Assembly: GCA_963666835.2 (NCBI GenBank)
Contig: CAXXGO010000007.1
Span: 40,511 to 104,510, forward strand
Length of the DNA stretch: 64,000 nucleotides
From: Phycisphaerae bacterium
GTDB lineage: Bacteria; Planctomycetota; Phycisphaerae; UBA1845
Direction of reading: 5' to 3'
The position numbers and the translations under genes were made by a program. Each line of letters opens with the position of its first letter. Positions within the stretch are counted from its first letter, which is position 1. Positions 60,510-64,000 of the stretch are shown here, one piece after another. The notes under the pieces are model-generated. The model was given only the letters and a program-made list of their open reading frames with translations, was not told the origin of the DNA and did no database searches.

Positions 60510-61056
60510 CTATGACGACTGTGCTAGGATCGGCCCGCCGAGCCGTTCCGGCGAGACGATCGGCCGTAGATCCCCCGCGTTCAGCACGCGAATATCCCGG
60601 ATGCCATACTTCATCATGGCCAGGCGGGTGAGCCCGAGCCCGAACGCGAAGCCCGTGTAGATCTCGGTATCGATATTCCCGGCCTGCAGGACATTGGGAT
60701 GGACCATGCCGGCCGGGAGGATCTCGATCCATCCCGATTTCTTGCAGGTCGGACATCCGTGCCCGTTGCAGATCTGGCAGTTCATGTCGATCTCGATACC
60801 CGGCTCGACGAACGGGAAGAAGCCCGGGCGGACCCGCAGCTTCACCTCGCGCTTCATGACCTCCTGCAGCAGGGTCTTGGCCATGGCGATCAGGTTCGGG
60901 ATCGAGATGTCGCGATCGATCATCAGGCCCTCTACCTGATGAAAGGTGTTCTCGTGCGAAGCGTCGAGGGTCTCGTAGCGAAAACAGCGTCCCGGAACGA
61001 TCACCCGCAAGGGAGCCCCGAACTTGAGCATCGCCCGATGCTGCACGGGCGAAGTG
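60510..61056 (-). pseudogene. pheS: Phenylalanyl-tRNA synthetase alpha subunit, C-terminal half only (5' part missing at a junction)
   Basis: TSPVQ, FHQVEG, FPFVEP, GMVHPNVL and GFAFGLG motifs; homology stops within the RTHTSPVQ motif. Confidence 0.9.
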
Positions 61057-61564
61057 CCCATAGCCAGATCTGAAAGGGAATCAGCCCGCAGAACGCGGCC
61101 TCCGAAAGCACCGGCGCACTCAACGCAATCAGCCCCGGATAGACCGCCGCTGCCAATGAGGCCAGCAGGGCAACCCGCGTATCGAAAAGCCGCCGGGCAA
61201 GAAGCCACACGCCCAACACACCCAGAGTTCCGAAAATTCCTCCAAGAGCCCGAGCCAGGATTACCGGCGGATCCTCTCCGAATATCAGGAACAGCGGTGC
61301 CAACAACAACGGGTAGCCGGGGGTTCGGAACACGGCCGGTCCTCCAGGCCCAAACCGATAAGGTTCGCCATGAGCGATCGCTCGGGCCAGGATCCAGTAG
61401 CCTTCACTGTCTCCGAAATGGAAACCATCGGCGGCGAACTTCGCCTCCCAGTAGAAAGCCACCCCCAACCGGAGAACGAAGGCCAGGCACAGCACTCCCA
61501 ACAGCCAGCGAAGCGGATGGCCAGTGCTCTTCGTTTCTGCTCTAGGGGGAAAAGGTTCAGCCAT
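61057..61564 (-). pseudogene. N-terminal fragment of a GT39/ArnT-like glycosyltransferase, truncated at the same junction
   Basis: DSEGYWILA, FRTPGYPLLLA and LSEA motifs, then runs out of frame into pheS sequence. Confidence 0.75.
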
Positions 61565-61871
61565 GCCAATGAAAGATAGAAGTTGGTGCCTGGATTCAAG
61601 TTACACAAATTTAGGTTGCCTGGGCCTTCTTGTCAGCCTCAGCTTCTCTGCGATCAAGAACCGGGCCCGCTGGCAGGGATAGCGTGGGACTTGGTACGAT
61701 TATCGGCTCTGGGTATACTACAAACGATGGGCAACCGGGCCTCCTGACGCACGACCCCAACCTCAATTGCCTGACCCTTTCGAGGGGTGAGTTGGGGTAG
61801 TCCGGGGTGAATGGAGAACCCCGGGGGCCGACATCCCCATCTGAGATCCATTTACCGTCGAGACGCTTGGC

Positions 61872-62236
61872 ATGACCGAGAAGCATTTTGGCTACGGTCC
61901 GTGGGAATATCGCTATATGTGCAAGTCCTGCGGGCACGCTGTCAAATCGCCGAAGCACGAAGTCCCATGCAGTTGCTGCGGTGGGGATTTCGGTGTCAAG
62001 ACCTCCATGCGCAAGGTCTATCTGGAACCCGAGAAGCGCCCGAAACGGTCGAAGTGGAATACGAACTCGAACCCACCTTCTGGGATACCATCCGGTCGCT
62101 CGTCGGGATGAAGGTCGAACAACGAACCGCAATCCGCCGCGAGAAGAAGCGGGCATCAAGACGCTGGCGCTGGCAGACCCATGCCGAGGTCGAGGAAGAG
62201 TCGGGCGTCATGCGCCACGACGAGTTCATGAGCTAG
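61872..62236 (+). pseudogene. Small zinc-ribbon protein split by an apparent frameshift near 62035
   Basis: CKSC...CSCC in frame 61872; plausible continuation EVEYELEPTFWDTIRS...EFMS in the 61811 frame. Confidence 0.5.
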
Positions 62237-62365
62237 TCCCCCTCTTTCCGGTGTCTCCGAATTTCGTGGAAGCCCACATTCCGCTTGGCAAAACAACTGG
62301 CAAGGCGTATCCTGTCGATCAGGTGGTTTCTTCACACGACGTTTCTCAGCGAGGGGGATTGAGCG

Positions 62366-63218
62366 ATGTTGCGTACAGGTGGTCTGTTGTTGGCGAGCCT
62401 GGGGCTGGCCCTGCTCATCTTGCCGGTCGCGATGGCCGGGAACCTGAAGGTCGATCAACATATCTCGGGCGTCCAGAAGTTTGATCCCCAGGCCGAAACG
62501 GTTCGCTTCTTCGAGGGTATTGATGCAGGCAAACTGCAAGTTCGCGTCACGGCCGACGGCGCCATCGCTGCCGATTTCGCATCACGAATACAAGTGACAT
62601 AGCTCTGAATGTCGTCATGCCCGAGGCCTTCGCGGCCGTTCCGGTTGCCCTCGCTGATCTGAATGACCAACCGATCATGATCGAGGATGCCCAGCCGGGA
62701 GAAGGTGACGAGCCTCCTGGTGAGGACGATGAGCTTCCGCCCCCCGAAGGTGACGATCTTCCTCCACCCGACGATCCCCAGAAGCTTGGCATCGGTTGTC
62801 CTTACGCAGATGGTTCCGAAACCAATACGTTCTGCTTCGTGCCCGGCTTGCTGCTCATCTGCAGCTTCGCAGCGTCTGCCTCGAACACGATCATCCCGGT
62901 CCCAGTCCCAAGCACCACTATCAAGTCCGGCCCCTGGATGCGGTGACCAACGTGAAGGGCGTCTACGAAATCTGCGCCATGATGGGGCGTGGTGAGATCG
63001 ACCATCAGGTTGCACAGATCGCCGCCTGGCATCTGAACAACCAGATCACGTGGCAACAGTTGTGGGACGAGTCGCAGCACGGCCCTGCCGGGATCGGCCC
63101 CCGCAATGGTATGAACCGCCGCCAGCTCTTCGATGCCATCGAAGCGGTGGAAAAGGCGGTCCAGAAGTCATGGGGCAAGGTCACCAGTCTATGGCGCTCA
63201 GCCAACGGCAAGGTCTGA
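62366..63218 (+). pseudogene. Secreted planctomycete-type hypothetical protein split over three frames
   Basis: Signal peptide; joins near 62570 (RITNTSDIALNVVMPEAFAAVP) and 62850 (SVCLEH...AQIAAWHLNN) give one coherent protein. Confidence 0.65.
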
Positions 63219-63304
63219 TCCTCTGATTCGCGCCCATTAGGCACGTAGCTTCAGCGGGCCAGCCCGTGGGGTGTGTCTCCACGCACCAGGAAACTCCATA
63301 CGGC

Positions 63305-63688
63305 TCAGATGAACCGGATATTCAACGGATAGCGATAAGCGATTCCATGCTGCGCTTTTACGGCGGCGATGATCGACGCGACCACGTGAAATACGATCAG
63401 AATCGGCAGCAGCGCAAACCCGATCAACACAAATGCCAGCGGAATGCAAGTGAAGCCGTAGAGCATGATCGTCAGCTGGAAATTGAGCGATTCCTTGGCC
63501 TGATCGTCCACAAAGGGCATCGTGTCCCGGTTCATTAACCAGATCGCGAACGTCGCCAGAATATTGCCGAAGGGAATTCCCGTGTAGAGCAGCAGGCCGG
63601 ACAAGTGTGCGGCCAGGGCCCAGTTGTTCTCTTCCCTGGTGGTAACCGGACGTGAGTTGTAGCTTGGGGGGGACTGGTGGTAGTCCAT
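63305..63688 (-). CDS. DUF4870-family membrane protein
   Basis: WALAAHLS, FVDDQAKESLNFQ and YRYPLNIRFI motifs. Confidence 0.88.
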   Translation of the reverse strand: MDYHQSPPSYNSRPVTTREENNWALAAHLSGLLLYTGIPFGNILATFAIWLMNRDTMPFVDDQAKESLNFQLTIMLYGFTCIPLAFVLIGFALLPILIVFHVVASIIAAVKAQHGIAYRYPLNIRFI

Positions 63689-64000
63689 GGCGCTCCTCCT
63701 GCGCGTGGCGCGATCGTCATGTCACTTTGTCTATTCGCCCGCAGGAGAGAAATATTGGCGGTTAGCCGGATGATTCATCGATGGAGCGTCTCTGCGTCCG
63801 TCTCCCCAGCAGGTGTGGCACGTCCCTGAGTTTACGAAGGGCGTGGTCGTCGACCTGCCGGATCGTAGTGCCTCTAAGGGAATGCCACATAACTTGTTTG
63901 CTGCCAACGCGATATGAGCTGTAGGCGACGCTTCGTGAATCCGGGTTAGGGAGATACTATTCTTCCCTCTCTTCCCCCTCTTCAAACCGATAGCCAATAT

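Noticed and set aside
60510..61564. Genuine glycosyltransferase-PheS fusion protein
   Set aside because: The two parts are in different frames and both are truncated; this is best explained as a junction.

Overview
GC-rich bacterial chromosomal segment, most likely Planctomycetota (Phycisphaerae-like; inferred from gene content and protein families). The housekeeping backbone comprises fmt, def, rpsT, tlyA, hisS, metH, trpS, scpA, nadE and pheT/pheS. It also carries an ECF sigma/anti-sigma/Spy/EF-hand operon, an exosortase-Wza-Wzc EPS locus and a glycosyltransferase cluster. Intergenic space is dense with GTAG-type REPs and larger palindromic repeats, and three different mobile elements are inserted inside such repeats. 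(1) A 1.9-kb element encodes only two tandem DUF1670-like proteins. It has perfect 15-bp sub-terminal inverted repeats and a duplicated CTAC core, and it splits a repeat hairpin. No known transposase is present, so this is the best candidate for an undescribed mobile system. (2) An IS110/IS1111-type element has a bridge/seek RNA whose guides can be read from the sequence and point to a REP target. (3) A full-length group II intron has an inferred non-canonical 5' end and sits inside a MITE-like repeat; two 5'-truncated copies occur elsewhere, one fused to the 5' end of a different intron. There is also a candidate selenoprotein (DUF1573-like, in-frame UGA plus SECIS-like hairpin). An apparent assembly junction at ~61056 truncates pheS and is followed by frameshift-rich sequence. 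No CRISPR, rRNA or tRNA was recognised. Family assignments come from motif recognition by eye, not from database searches.
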